Source: Octopus vulgaris (taxonomy: Eukaryota). From it: a DNA stretch of 64,000 nucleotides. The stretch is from NCBI GenBank assembly GCA_951406725.2, contig OX597817.1:10168001-10232000 (forward strand), read 5' to 3'. The position numbers and the translations under genes are program-made. The notes beneath the pieces were generated by a model. That model was not told the origin of the DNA. It ran no database searches and saw only the letters and a program-made list of their open reading frames with translations. Positions 38,901-53,355 of this stretch are shown here, one piece after another. Within the stretch, counting starts at the first letter, position 1. Each line of letters begins with the position of its first letter.

Positions 38901-39609
38901 TATTAATGTTAGCTTTTATGTCACTTTCCGACCTCCACTGGCAAAGAAATGTGTCATACTTTTACGATCAGCTCTGATGAGTGTTGAGTTGTTTTTTTTC
39001 TTCGTGCCCAAAGCCCATTGAAAGGTCGGGTGAAATGGGATTATAATATAGTATTGTATACACAATTGATATTTACATATATATACAAATATAGGGGTTG
39101 CAAGCACTTTATATACGAATTCATGTATCTGATGTTGTTTGCTGCCGGCATTCTTCGTCTTTAGCTTTCTTTGACATGTCTCAACAAAAGAATCCTGTTT
39201 AGCTTAAATTTGGACGGAAATTAATTTATTGATTTAGTGCATTACATCATTGAAAGAGGCTGATAAATAAATAAATAAAAAAAACAGTGAAGCAGCGATT
39301 CTGCTGGTTTGGAAATCATCAGAGAAGTGCAAGGCCGGTTTCTTTGATGGTTCTACGATAAATAATAAATAAAATATGCTGCTGATGTCTATTCGTTGTC
39401 TTTCTCTCTCTATCTCTCTCGCTCTCTCTCTCTCTCTCTCTTGTTCACTACTGCTGAAAATAGAAGACAAAATTATAGACAGTATATTTTTATTTTAGTT
39501 TTGTTATTTTCGTACTGCTACCTCATTCTCGTGTTTTCAAATCATGTCGTCTTTAATGAGATCGTACATCTGCGGCAGGAATATTTAACAAAGAATACAT
39601 GAAGCCAAG

Positions 39610-39882
39610 TTGATGGTAGTGGCAGTGACGATGGCTACGATGATGATGATGATGACCACGACGACAATGACGGTGTCGGTGGTGGTTGTAATATTGGTGG
39701 TGGTGGTGGTGGTGTCGATGATGATGATGATGATAAAAACGAGATTATGATGGTGGTCGTCGTGGTGATGAAAGTGGTGGGAGTCGTGGTGGTGATGGTT
39801 GTGGCGACGTTGATGATAATGATGGCGGTGATGGTGGTGGTGGTGATGATGATGATAATGATAAAGATGATGATGATGATGA
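39610..39882. repeat. Degenerate (GAT/GGT)n low-complexity tract
   Basis: Read directly. Confidence 0.9.
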
Positions 39883-40617
39883 AGCAAAATCACTATTGAT
39901 CATACAAAGACGTAACTATTTTAGGTATATGATATTCATTTAACCAGGAATGGTATTGGCAACTCCACAATATCTCTCGCTACTTCAAACGAATTTGAAA
40001 CCATACACTGGATGTGTGGTTAAGAATTTCGTTTCGTAACAGTTTTGTTCTGGGTTCAATTCGATTCCACTTTGTGTCACTTTCGGCTAGTGTCTCCTTT
40101 CTTAGCCTTGGGTTTACCACTTCCTTGCAAATGGTATTTGATCAACCGAAATTATAAGGAAGCGCATAGTGTAGTATTGGTCGTTCGTATAATCACGGAT
40201 AAATTTATCAACCGGATTTTGTTACCAAATGAGTGAATCTCAAACATTTTAAAAATATTGTTATATCCCTTGATTAACCCTTAAACGGCGGGAAAGAATT
40301 GCATGAATGTGTTTGCCAAACGAGCAAAAGTAAAGAAATGTCACTTTTTCTTAACGGCAATTTTTATACTTATTTTCACTTTGTATAAGTAAAACAAAAC
40401 TACAATAATTGCCCAATAAAAGTTTCAGTCTTATCGAAGGCTGCCTTAAGATAGTCACTTTCCTTTGCATCCGGCGTTAGTACAAATTCATTTGTGATTT
40501 ACGGGTTGTACAAATGCACATCAAATGATGATGACCGCAGTTCTCTAATGAAGCGTCACTCGTTGATGTCCACGTTTAAGTGTTATCAGACTCTTATTTA
40601 TATCTAAAATAATTCGT

Positions 40618-40932
40618 CTTTTGTTTGTGCATTCTCGAGCCATGCCTGGCTCATTAGTGCCGGTTTCCCGGTTTCCTTGGCGTATAGGTTCCTCACCTGG
40701 ACGGGACGCCGGTCCGTCGGTCGCAGGTGAGCTGCAAGATACAGGAGGAAAGAGAGCGAGAGAGAAAGATGTGGTGAAAGAGTCAGCAGAAGATCACCAT
40801 TACCTTCTGCCGGGGCTGCGTGGAGCTTAGGTGTTTCGCTCACAAACACACACATCGCCCGGTCTGAGATTCGAACCCGCGATCCCTCGACCGCGAGTCC
40901 GCTGCTCTAACTACTAGGCCATGCACCTCCAC
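40618..40932 (-). mobile_element. SINE family C, tail type 1
   Basis: TSD AAAATAATTCGT at 40606-40617 and 40933-40944. Confidence 0.9.
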
Positions 40933-41865
40933 AAAATAATTCGTTCCGAAGTGACTACAATAAGCCGCTTGTACTGTGTGTACATGTGTACACTTATGCG
41001 TATATGCGTTCATCCGCCTTTCATCGACGAATACAAACACAGCCATCAACAAAAACTGATGATCGGCAAGAAACCTGAAAAACCGTTACCCTTGGGCAGA
41101 GTTCTTCACGATATATGACTTGCACCAAGTTACCGATACTCCCTTGTCATTCCTGTGACCAAAACTGCAGTAAAGCAATTTGAAATTATGTTATTATTCA
41201 TTAATTTTTATATTAAAAAATTGAGTAGTAGAAATAGTAGAAATTTATAGTACTGCACTTTAATTCATCTATCACACTGTAGAGTTTGCCATCTTCATCT
41301 TTGTACATATTTCAAATATCCTTGTGATCACTGAAATTATCAGTAAAACTTCTGCATGCTTATCTCTCACTTCACTATTGTAAATAAACATTAGATATGT
41401 GTATGCTTCTCAGTGTGCATGTGTGTAAGTATGCTTTTATACATGCGTGTGATCGTTGATGCTATTTATATTTATACATTATTTCTATCTATATCACATT
41501 TTCTAGATTATCTGAATAAACATAGCTCACTATCGTTTAAAAATATTTGTTTTATAAAAGCAAACGTATATTTCTCTTACAAAGTACATGATGTCTTAAT
41601 ACTTAAGATATGCTAATGGATAAATGGATGGATGGATGAAGACGTTTTCTTTCAACCAAAGAAACAAAGCTTAATAATTACTATTTAGAAATCAACAACG
41701 TTTCATGATACTAGCGAAACTTTCGAAACGTCTTACATAATACTACTGTTCCGCTTGCAAATTCTGATCTGCTTACAGAATACGTGTTAGATGTCCTGTT
41801 TCGTTATCTTAAACCCTCAAATTATCTAGCTTTTTGATTGAACACCAAGTAATACCATCACATAT

Positions 41866-42260
41866 CTCTTTTACTCTTTTACTTGTTTCAGTCATTTAAC
41901 CGCGGCCATGCTGGAGCACCGCCTTTAGTCGAGCAACTCGACCCCGGGACTTATTCTTTTGTAAGCCCAGTACTTATTATATCAGTCTCTTTTGCCGAAC
42001 CGCTAAGTGACGGGGACGTAAACACACCAGCATCGATTGTCAAGCAATGCTAGGGGGACAAACACAGACACACAAACATATACACACACATACATATATA
42101 TATACAAACATATATCCGACAGGCTTCTTTCAGTTTCCGTCTACCAAATCCACTCACAAGGCATTGGTCGGCCCGATGCCCAAGATGCCACGCAGTGGGA
42201 TTGAACCCGGAACCATGTGGTTGGTAAACAAGCTACTTACCACACAGCCACTCCTGCACC
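41866..42260 (-). mobile_element. SINE family A
   Basis: Reverse complement of the consensus. Confidence 0.92.
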
Positions 42261-42532
42261 TATATGTTAATGATTAAAAGATATGTGTTGTTGTGTGGTT
42301 TACGAGTGTGTGTACATACATTGTAAACGGAATTTAATGAGCTGAAATTGTCTGGAAGCTCTTCGTGTGCGCATACATACACCCACATATAGTAGTGGCA
42401 GCTATTATAATCACTGATAAATTGCTAGCATATATGTATGCGTATGTATATATGTACGTACGGATGGACGGACGGACGGACGGACGGACAGATGGATGGA
42501 TCATTTTGGCTGGGTGGTTGGATGGACCAGAG

Positions 42533-42790
42533 TTGTTCCTTCTCGAGCCATGCCTGGCTCATAAGGGCCGGTTTCCCGGTTTCCCTGGCGTATAGGTTCC
42601 CCACCTGGACAGGACGCCGGTCCGTCGCAGGTGAGCTGCAATATGCAGGAGGAAAGAGTGGGAGAAAGTTGTGGCGAAAGAGTCAGTAGAAGTTCGCCAT
42701 TACCTTCTGCCGGAGCCTCGTGGAGCTTAGGTGTTTCGCTCATAAACACACACATCGCCCGGTCTGAGATTCGAACCCGCGGTCCCTCGC
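42533..42790 (-). mobile_element. SINE family C, tail type 1, 5'-truncated
   Basis: Reverse complement match to 45975-46270. Confidence 0.9.
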
Positions 42791-43315
42791 ATGTGATGAT
42801 CTGTGTTTATTCAGTGTATTTCTCGATTGGAATCAGGTTTTCTGAGATGAATATGGAGGTGGATATTACATTTTATTGTAACTGTATATTTATACCCAAG
42901 TTCCATGCGAACAGATACGGTGAAAAACATGTTTGATTCTCTGTTGAACCGATCCGTTTCACGCACTCCTTCTAGCTGCTATATCTGGCTGTAGTTAATA
43001 GCCTGGAGAAGGAAACATTCTGCCATGCTGACTTGGTTTTTACACACTGCATGAAGATGAATTCTTCGCTTCTGACCCAATAGCCCATTAAGTGTTACGT
43101 AACATTTTCATTTCCTCTCGTCATTCATTGAACGTAGACGAATTGAAACTCGGTGACTTAGCAAATCATTTATTTAATTCATATCTAGTCCCTCTTTCAT
43201 GCGTCTCCAACATATTTGTACTCTAAATTAAGTCAACGATAGGCCTTCACCTAATCTTTCAACCAGTAAAGCATTAATATTATTATTATTATTATTATCA
43301 TCATCATCATCATCA

Positions 43316-43367
<52 letters not shown>

Positions 43368-43542
43368 TTGGGCGAGATAGTACAAATATTTTATTGCTTG
43401 CCAGGCAGTAGCGGAACGAACATTATATTGTGTATGTGTATGCGTGTGCGTTTCAAATCGTTGCACCGTATGCTAATATTACTGAAAGTCGGTTGCCTTC
43501 AGGTATTCTATCACTGTTCTGAAAGAATGGAAAAGCAATAAT

Positions 43543-44010
43543 GGTTTCAAATTTTGGCACAAGCCCAAGAATTTTCGAAGGAAGGGGTCAGTCGAAGGAT
43601 GAAAGGCAAAGTTCACTTCGGCAGTACTTGAAAGTCAGAATATAAAGAGCCGGACAAAATGTCGCTAAGCATTTTTTCCGACGTACCAACTATTCTACCA
43701 ACTCGCTGCATTAGAAAGAACGGAAAAATAATGGCTATAAGAGAGCTATATTGTGGCTGAGTGACACTTGAATACCTCCCATCGGCAGTATTTATTTTTA
43801 TATATTCTTGGCAGAAAGTAAGGCTGTGAACTGGCAGAATCGTTTGCACACCGCACCAGGTGCTTAGCAGAATTTCGTTTGTCTTTACGTTCCGAGTTCA
43901 CATTCCACCGCGGCCGACTTTGCCTTTCATACTTTCGTTAAAATAAGTACCAGTTGAGTACTGTAATCGACTTAAGCCGTCCCCCGAAATTGCTGGCCTT
44001 CATTCAAAAT
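43543..44010. mobile_element. Two diverged family B SINEs, head-to-head
   Basis: Minus copy ~43543-43710; plus copy ~43820-44010. Confidence 0.65.
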
Positions 44011-44499
44011 CTGAAGCCAATATTTTGACAGAAACTTTTCTAGACTAACCAAGCATCACTTAAAAATGGCCTTCGTTAAATGTTTACGGAAAATTATAAC
44101 ATATAAGTTAAACTCGTTTTATTTGTTTACATTTTAAATATAAGTGTAACTTGGCTTTCCTGACAGTTGAGATGATAAAAAAAATAGAATCTTTATTGTT
44201 TCAATGAAATTTAATCGCAGTCGTTCGTGGGAAGGCCGCCAACGTTGTGGCTCGTTTCAAGAATTAAAAAGAATAGATTTACTTCTATAAAAATAGAAGA
44301 AATATTTTCTCGGTATAGCTACGAGGTTAAGAAGTTGACTCTACAACCATGATGTGTCGGATGCGATCATCCTGTGTGACATCCTGGATAAAGGTTCTCG
44401 ATTATAACCCCAGGCAGACCAATGTCTTGTGAGTGCAATTGATAGAAGAAAACTGTGAGCGTGTCCCCCAAAATATAACTAAATGTGGATTGTTGGCGA

Positions 44500-44695
44500 T
44501 TTTTTCCCCTCTATCTTCCTTTTCTCTTGGACTTTCCTCTGTCACCTGTTTCTGAAGAACAGCTTTGCTTGAAACATAAAACAACCTTTCTTTCCTTCCA
44601 TGAGCGTCTTTTAATACTTTGTATGTACCACGTCCTCGCGTTGTTGTTTATTTTTTTGTTGTACATTTTTTTCCTTCTCTTTTTCATTAATCATA
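44500..44695 (+). mobile_element. PLE pseudo-LTR-like repeat with minimal hammerhead motif (44547-44583)
   Basis: tgttt-CTGAAGA-ac agc ttt gct t-GAAAC-ATA-aaaca; homologous to 47553-47736 and 52181-52420; ends in (TA)n. Confidence 0.6.
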
Positions 44696-44729
44696 TATAT
44701 ATATATATACTAATTTAGGTTGCTAAACG

Positions 44730-45298
44730 CAATTTGGAATTCAGTTTCACCACCAGTAGTATCATCGATGAGTGTTATTTTCATGCAAAATTGGTTTGCC
44801 AATCTGATGGCGTCCTTTGCTGTGTGGAGGTCGGCTCCCTTGTCAGTACATAGAACAGTGTTTTGTTCGAGAATATAGAGTGTTTGGCTCTTGTTTCTAA
44901 TAATGCTGGTACTGCCCTGCACTCATAGTCACTTTTAGTGACGGTGAATGTTTTCCTGTTTGGTTTAAATTGCGTCGGGCCACCTTAATTATTTTATATA
45001 TAATATTTCATATTATCATTTTGCTGAACCAGCCATTGATTCCTATGGTAAATTCTTTAAATATGGCCAAGTGGAATTCAGCTTCGCCACCGGCAATGGA
45101 GTAGCATAACCGATTACCATTATTTTCATACGAAATTGGCCTACTAATTTGATTCCTTGCTTGCTGTTGGGAGATTGTTTCCCTTGTCATACATAGAACC
45201 GTGTCTAGTAATGCCGTTGCAGCCCTGCACTCTTAGTAACTTTTTAGTGACGGTGAATCTTTTCCGGTTCTGGTTTTAAATTACGTCTAGCCACCTCA
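44730..45298. repeat. Diverged tandem pair of an unknown ~230-260 bp unit
   Basis: Both read TGGAATTCAG...TCCCTTGTCA...GCCCTGCACTC...TTTTAGTGACGGTGAAT...GCCACCT. Confidence 0.8.
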
Positions 45299-45974
45299 AC
45301 TGTTATATATAAATTTAGTTAGGTGTTAAATAACTACCTAAGGAATATTAAATATCCAAAGAATTTAATGGTTTTTTTTTACCTATATGACAATGTCATG
45401 AACTAATGCTCATAACAAATAGGTAGATAAATAAATAAAATGAACGTACAGTTTATCAATATATAAATATAAATTGCTAGTTTTAATAAGATATTTAAGA
45501 AGATATGTCTGAGGAAACGGTATTTTATTATTCTTGAAAAACTGTTTTTATTAATGTTGTAGAAACAGCTGTAATTTACTAGAGGTGTCATTTGGTTGTA
45601 TAACATCATAAAATTGAAATCAATTTATCATTTAATGATTCAATTATTTAATTGTCCAATTTATTATTTGGGTTTCTGAAAGTAAGTGTGTGTGTGTGCG
45701 TGTGCGTGCGTGCGTTCGCACGCCTACATGACTGCCTCTATGTTGGCACTACTTGAAATACGGCATTACCAAGTACTACACTCAAAAATAAGTAGTAGAG
45801 TCGACATGATAAATAAGTAGTAGAGTCGGCAAAAGTTCCTTCAAGGTGTGCTCCAGCATAGCCGCAGTTCAGTGACTGAAGCAAGTAAAAGAGTATATAG
45901 CCTGGGTAAATATTTATCTAGAATATAAACAATAGCGATCATGATACGAACTTGGAGAATAGGAACCATTTTGG

Positions 45975-46270
45975 TGGAGGCACATGACCTAGTGGTTAGA
46001 GCCGCGGACCCGCGGTCGAAGGATCGCGGTTTCGAATCTCAGACTGGGTGATGTGTGTGTTTATGAGCGAAACACCAAAGCTCCATGTGGCTCCGGCAGA
46101 AGGTAATGGCGAACTTCTGCTGACTCTTTCGCCACAACTTTCTCTCACTCTTTCCTCCTGCATCTTACAGCTCACCTACGACGGACCGGCGTCCCGTCCA
46201 GGTGGGGAACCTATACGCCAAGGAATCCGGGAAACCGGCCCTTATGAGCCAGGCATGGCTTGAGAAGGAA
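45975..46270 (+). mobile_element. SINE family C, full length
   Basis: 16 bp TSD AGGAACCATTTTGGTG (45961-45976, 46266-46281) overlapping the element 3' end. Confidence 0.92.
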
Positions 46271-47257
46271 CCATTTTGGTGATGAGATTGTCGGGTTAAC
46301 TATTTGGTACAATCTTGCTTAAATAAATAGACAAATGAGATCATTGCTTTCTGAATGCCTCGTAATGTCATTTAAAATGCGATTCGGGGTATGAATCAGC
46401 TCACTGAATCACCTACCTTCTTTGAGGGGTTTTATAAGGTTTAGATGTTAACAATTATGTGTAATAAATCGATTATACTTCTACAATACACTAAATATTT
46501 TGATAATTTTTTGATATAATTCTTAATATCTAATTATAAAAAATGTAATAGGATTGTTTTAAATATTGAATGGCTAAAGGGGTCCATCCGAGTGAAACAG
46601 GAAGCATAGGGGCCCATAGAAAAAGGCAATTGAGAACCACTGCATTAGATAATGTTACCCTGCTTTCTCTTGAAAAGAGACAATTATGGCTCGAATACCT
46701 TTGACTATAGATTTAGTTTGGTCAGGATTAAACCTGTGTCTATATATCAATTGATACTGTTTTACGCCAGATCAAAGAAATGTCCAGGAAGACATAGGAT
46801 CAAAGCCACTCGAGTCGTAGACATTCCCTCAATTTATAAGACTAATGCGTCTTTTCCTTATTTAAGAAAATAAGTATGTGATTTAAGGACTATTTGGCGG
46901 TTATAAGTGGTAAGTTAAAGAACCACGTATAGGTACCCCAGTTGGATCATCAGATACCTTGTAACATATGGTGTGGTCGCTATTCTATCAAGCTAATCTA
47001 ACAATGCAATCTTTCATAGTAATAATAAGAGATGAATTTACAGCATATCAAAATATTTGCCGAAAATAGAAGTATCATAGTCAATAAAAGTTCATTCGGT
47101 TAATAATCGAATATTGCTTGGTCACATGAAAATATAATAATGTTGCACTGTGATAATAATTGGATTTGGTTTCAAAATTGATTGTCTATATATATAACAG
47201 CAATAAATTTCGTCGAAATAATCAAATGAGTGTGATGTTCTACGATTATATTTCTAT

Positions 47258-47304
<47 letters not shown>

Positions 47305-47449
47305 AAAATTATAATTTAGGGTATCTAAAAGATACTACCACGATGGAAATAGCAGCCAAAACTTGATTCTAAAACGACGTTAAATGTTCATACAGCACCA
47401 AGAGAGAAGACAAAGAGACAAAATAAGCTAGTAAAAAAAATACTGGATA

Positions 47450-47508
47450 ATTCCAGATCCCGGATTTCTGGCTCTGTATAAGAAATGCTCTGCTTTCATC
47501 AGTGGAAT
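47450..47508 (-). ncRNA. Degenerate hammerhead motif
   Basis: Minus strand reads attcca-CTGATGA-(27 nt, no clear stem II)-GAAA-tccggga-TC-tggaat; stems I and III intact. Confidence 0.45.
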
Positions 47509-47552
47509 ATACTCAGATAGCACAAAAATACAAATATATATATACATATACA

Positions 47553-47736
47553 TTCTTTTTCCTCTGTCTTCCCTTCTCTGGATCTTTCTTTCTTCTATGT
47601 TTCCGACAAAGAGCTCCGCTCGAAACGTTAAACCCTCTTTCTTCCCTTCCTTCCTGAGCGTCCAGTAATACTATATTTGTTCCACGTCCTCGCGTTGTTG
47701 TGTTTTCTATTTGTGTTTTCATGTTTGGATTAACTT
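47553..47736 (+). mobile_element. PLE pseudo-LTR-like repeat with mutated hammerhead (47599-47633)
   Basis: gttt-CCGACAA-a-gagc tcc gctc-GAAAC-GTT-aaac; flanked by (TA)n. Confidence 0.6.
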
Positions 47737-48450
47737 TATATATATATATATATATACAACATACGAATACTTTATAAATATATGTATGTATGTATGTATG
47801 TATGCGTGCGCGCGTGCAATGTATATATTCGTATGTATGTATGTGTGCATGTATATACACATATATATATATATTCAGGTCTCCGTGTGTCATGTAAAAT
47901 CAGGATTGTGTCTGTTATTTTTGTTCTTTTTCTAATCGGGGTCAATAGCTATCCATAAAAGCATGTCTCCTCTCTTCACATTCACGTGGAATCAAAGACG
48001 AAGACTAATAATATACTTAACACCGGTGTCGTAACTGGCATTGCCATCAGAACACTTAGGCCCGGAACATCGATGTAGTCATATCTAATGCCCACTTCAC
48101 ATCACTCATAGTCGAGTATGACTGGTGGAAAGCATGTACACACTAATTTATTATGTGTCGCTATCAGGTATAACTACCATTTGAGACCCAGTGAGAAATC
48201 GAGAATAAGACAGCTTCAGTAACGGTGGAGCTTACAGCCGTACTCGGAAGATACTCATTTAGGCTGAGGGGGTAAAAGAAGTGGGAAATGAAGTGCCTTG
48301 CTTAAGAATTCCATGCGTTGCCCAGTCCAGGAAATAAAACAACGACCTTATGATAATGAGCTCGAAATCTTAATCTTTAGACCATGTGTCTTTCCAGTAC
48401 ATATACATATGTACATGTGTATGTAGTGTGTACATTTTAAGCTACCGAAA

Positions 48451-48834
48451 TCTCTCTCTATATAAACGGCAGTTTGTCTGTGCGTGTTTCTGTGTGTCTG
48501 TTTGCTTGTACCCTCACCCTGACCACGGCTTTCAACCGATTCTGATGAAACTTGACACACACATAGCCCAATGTCATAATTCAAAACTAACGCAGCGAAA
48601 ATTTTGAAAAGTTCCCCCAGTTCTGAAAAAAATCGATAAATTCGACATGGGGTCGAGAATCAGGAATACGAACCACAAACTGTCTAGGGGACGCAACTCT
48701 ACCTTTTTTAAATCTCCAAAAAAATTTACCATCATTTTTTTCCATTTTTTTGCTATTTTTTGGCTATAACTCTCTAAAAATGCTTTATAGTTATTTCCCT
48801 TACAAACCTGAGCAACGCCGGGCGATACTGCTAG
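48451..48834 (+). mobile_element. Non-autonomous Helitron
   Basis: A|TC start, hairpin CCTGAGCAACGCCGGG, CTAG|T end. Confidence 0.85.
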
Positions 48835-49175
48835 TGGTATGATAGAGAAGTCGATAAATTTAAGGATTCGTAGTTAGGCAAAACATTCGCTTTGACTCTG
48901 CTTAATGAAGATGAATATACCTATCACATCTACTAGAAACTACCAATAGATATCTTTTTATGTAGCAATTTTTGAAATGTTTAAATTAACCTAGATTAAT
49001 GTTTATTCAGGGGAGTGTTGTAACTTTTATAGTAAGAAAATACAGATTTGAATTATAAAAAGGACAGATTACTGGTACTAGTTCAAGTCAATTTTGTTCA
49101 AATATATTTTATTAATGCTTTTGTTTCTTCATTTCTGTAAAGAAATCCATACGGAAGATCTTTGGAGCGAAATTA

Positions 49176-49652
<477 letters not shown>

Positions 49653-50221
49653 CTTGACTGAAAATCATAATGAAGATTTCAAAGGTTAACGAGAATATTT
49701 TCTCGAGTGCCAAATATTTGAAATAAATACCTAAAAATAACGGAACGTCACATGGAAATTGAAGCAAATATTTTAATATCCTTTTCCCGGACATGCTATT
49801 CATATTTTCAGTAGAATTTATAAATAAAATTCAATGTATATATAAAATCTATCAGGATGTGTAAATACAATGTAATCGCTATGAGAATGAAAGCGTTACT
49901 TGTTTGTGTATATCTCATCGAAAATCGAGAAAACTGAAATTCAATCTATGTGTAAAACATATACACTTAGAATTGCTCAACCTTCCGAATCAAAGATTAT
50001 TAATTAAATTGAGAAGCAGGTCGGGGTTATAAGAACATTACTTTCAGGAATATTTGGCAGATGTAGCATAAATGTTTCTTCATATAACAATTTATAAAGT
50101 ATTAAACATAATATAAAAGATTCAAATTTCACATCAATGAAATAAAATAAAATGAGTATGTGTGTATAGTATATATATATATATATATATATATGAACTT
50201 TTACATGGTTATTTTTATATA

Positions 50222-51200
50222 CCGGAAAGCTCCCATTATTGCGGGTAATGCATATCGCAAGAAAAGCACAGTATTCGAATATATAAATACATTTAAAATA
50301 GTCGATTGACTTTGAAAAAGAAAAATTTTTAATTTTTCAAAACACTTTACGGAAAAACCGTATGAAAATCGATGCACAAAAAAACGGAAAATATATTAAT
50401 CGGATGCAATTTTATCTTTTACAACTTTATTGACTTGAATCAGCATATTTAAAAAAAATATATTTGTTTTTATTGTTTTGGTCTTTTTTAAAATGTAAAA
50501 AGGTTGCTAGTTTCGATTTTATTTGTTCTCTTTGTACATGACCCTATAGCAGTTGAGTGCATTTTCAATTTGTCTTCTGGCTTGCATAACTCTCTTTCCC
50601 TCTCTTCCATCGTTCTGTCTCTCTCTCTCTCTTTCTCTCTATCTGTCTATCTGTCTATCTATCTTTCTATCTATCTGTCTCTCACTCCATTTAGATCTGC
50701 ATCAGTTGTCATGTGCTTTCCAACTTCTAACAGTTCTAAAAATAGCATCGAGATCTTAATTGAGAATTCTTTTGCTTGTATTTCACATTCATCTGTTCCG
50801 CCTTGGTGATCATCCTCATCCTGTGCACTTTGCTGCCATGTATTTAAATGGTCTTCGACATTGAGTTCTACGTATTAGACATGCATTTCTCTGACATTAT
50901 CGTCGGCCATTTTACTCGTTCCCAGATATAAGCAAAATTGAATGGTTTCTGTTAAGACAATCGTAACCGCAAGTAGTATTATTTCTTTATCTGGCAAGAA
51001 ATATATTTTTAAGTATTCTTTTCCAAAATAAATACTTTAGCTCATCAATATGCCTATAAGCTTCAATAATACTTTTCAATACAATGAAATAACTGGCTTC
51101 TGCACTATCATTGGCGTTTGCTCCTGTCTCTACAACACTAAATTTTCCCATAAAATTCCTATCATAAATACTATTATAGCTCATAAATGAATTTAATAGC
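50222..51200 (-). mobile_element. Decayed pogo/Tigger transposase 3' region
   Basis: Minus strand gives an acidic stretch, then KEFSIK...DADLN-[microsatellite]-ERVMQARRQIENALNCYRVMYKENK, matching the Tigger C-terminus; in-frame stops; degenerate TIR-like end at ~50222. Confidence 0.65.
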
Positions 51201-51362
51201 CAATATTTTATTCTAAAGTTTGAGTATTTTCAAGTATCCAGATGCTTTTCACATCGAAAGACCGATTGAATATTGTCAGTTATCTTTCTTCTGTTATCGG
51301 TGGACACCCGCTGCTTTGGAAATGAACGTTCTCGTGCTAAGACAGGAGTATTTATATATATA

Positions 51363-51565
51363 TCTCTTTTACTTGTTTCAGTCATTTGACTGCGGCCATG
51401 CTGGAGCACCGCCTTTTAGTCGAGCAAATCGACCCCGGGTCTTATTTTTTGTAAGCCCAGTACTTATTCTATCGGTCTCTTTTGCCGAACCGCCTAAGTG
51501 ACAGGGACGTAAACACACCAGCATCGGTTGTCAAGCAATGCTAGGGGACAAACACAGACACACAA

Positions 51566-51606
<41 letters not shown>

Positions 51607-51778
51607 CATATATACGACAAGCTTCTTTCAGTTTCCGTCTACCAAATCTACTCACAAGGCATTGGTCGGCCCGGGGCTATAGCAGAAGACACTTGCCCAA
51701 GATGCCACGCAGTGGGACTGAACCCGCAACCATGTGGTTGGTAAGCAAGCTACTTACCACACAGCCACTCCTGCGCCT
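51363..51778 (-). mobile_element. SINE family A, full length
   Basis: Reverse complement of the consensus. Confidence 0.92.
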
Positions 51779-52180
51779 ATTATTTAATATTATTCATTTC
51801 TGTCAGTAACATGGATGTACACCCAGTGAAAGTATATATATATAAAATATATAAAGTTATTTTAATGCATGAATTAATATTTTCCAAAACTATTCATTTA
51901 TACTGTGAAGATGCATGGCATCATGGTTAGGATGTTGTACACAATTTCGTGGTTTCGATTCCCAGTGGGTTGTGTCCTGAGTCCACTCAGCTGTAAATAG
52001 GGAACACAGCGATGGATCGGCGTTCTGTTCAGGGGAAATGTTAGCCTACCATCCTAGCCAATGGGGAAGCATCATTCTAAAGTTACAAGAATGTGAGAAA
52101 TCACATTATGACCAGTGGTCTATAACAACATCCAGTAGTCTAGTTGATAGCGTGGTATTGTGATATACATATATATATAT

Positions 52181-52416
52181 ATTCGCTCTCTTGTGTGACC
52201 CTTCTATCCGGCAGTCGCCATGATAGATCGGTAGCCACTACACACATTTTTTTCTCGCCTTGTTTCTCTCTTAATTTTTTTTCTGTGTCCCTCTCTGTAG
52301 AAGAGCGTAGGCTCGAAATGTAAAAGACTTTTCCAATTCCTGAACGTTATACTAATACATCTGTTTGTTTTCTACCACACCTGACTTCGTCTTTTGTTTG
52401 TTTTTTAGTGAACTCT

Positions 52417-52420
<4 letters not shown>
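52181..52420 (+). mobile_element. PLE pseudo-LTR-like repeat with variant hammerhead (52291-52326)
   Basis: ctct-CTGTAGA-a-gagc gtag gctc-GAAAT-GTA-aaag; between two (TA)n runs. Confidence 0.55.
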
Positions 52421-52461
<41 letters not shown>

Positions 52462-53175
52462 AACTAGTGACATTTGTGAAAATTTCTCGTCATTTCGAAA
52501 ACAATAAGATAATTGAAGTTTATAGAGAACCATGAAATCTCATTTGAAATTGTATATTTTGAACGGTCTCGTGCTAAAGTCAGGAGTGCTTATATATATA
52601 TGATTCAATATTATCAATTTCTGTTAATAACATGGATGTACGCCCAGTGAAAGTATATATATAAAATATGTATAGTTATTTTAATGTATATATGTATAGT
52701 TATTTTAATGTATATTTTGGTTAAATTGTACTTTTCCGGAAAGTTTTATTCTTGAAATAATGTAAAGTTCACTAGAAGTGCAAACTTAGGTGAGAACATC
52801 TTTGAAACATATTTGGTTACTGTTTTATCTGTAGAATTGTTTTATCTGTAGAATTGTTTCATCTGTTGAATTATTTCTGTTTATACGTCAAAAAATAAGC
52901 ACACTTTTCGAAAGCGTGTGATTCTAGTGGTGATGTAAATTCTTCATACATGGAGAGTTGTTTCTGTCATTTCTATCTTTACATCAAGAAGTGAGCATGC
53001 TTTAAGAACTACATAGAGTTATCCACCAAACCAAAAGTTGTATCACTTATTTACGTTGCCTTTCTAATGTCGCTATGTTTTGAAATAGGTTGGAAGAATG
53101 CGTGCAGAAATAAATTGATTCTCATACAAACACACACACGCACACACACACACACACACCCACCCACCCACCCAC

Positions 53176-53239
<64 letters not shown>

Positions 53240-53319
53240 AGAGAGAGAGAGAGAGAAAGAAAGAGATGGGTAGGCAGATAGAGAGATAGATAAATACATA
53301 CATACACACATCTACTTGC

Positions 53320-53355
<36 letters not shown>

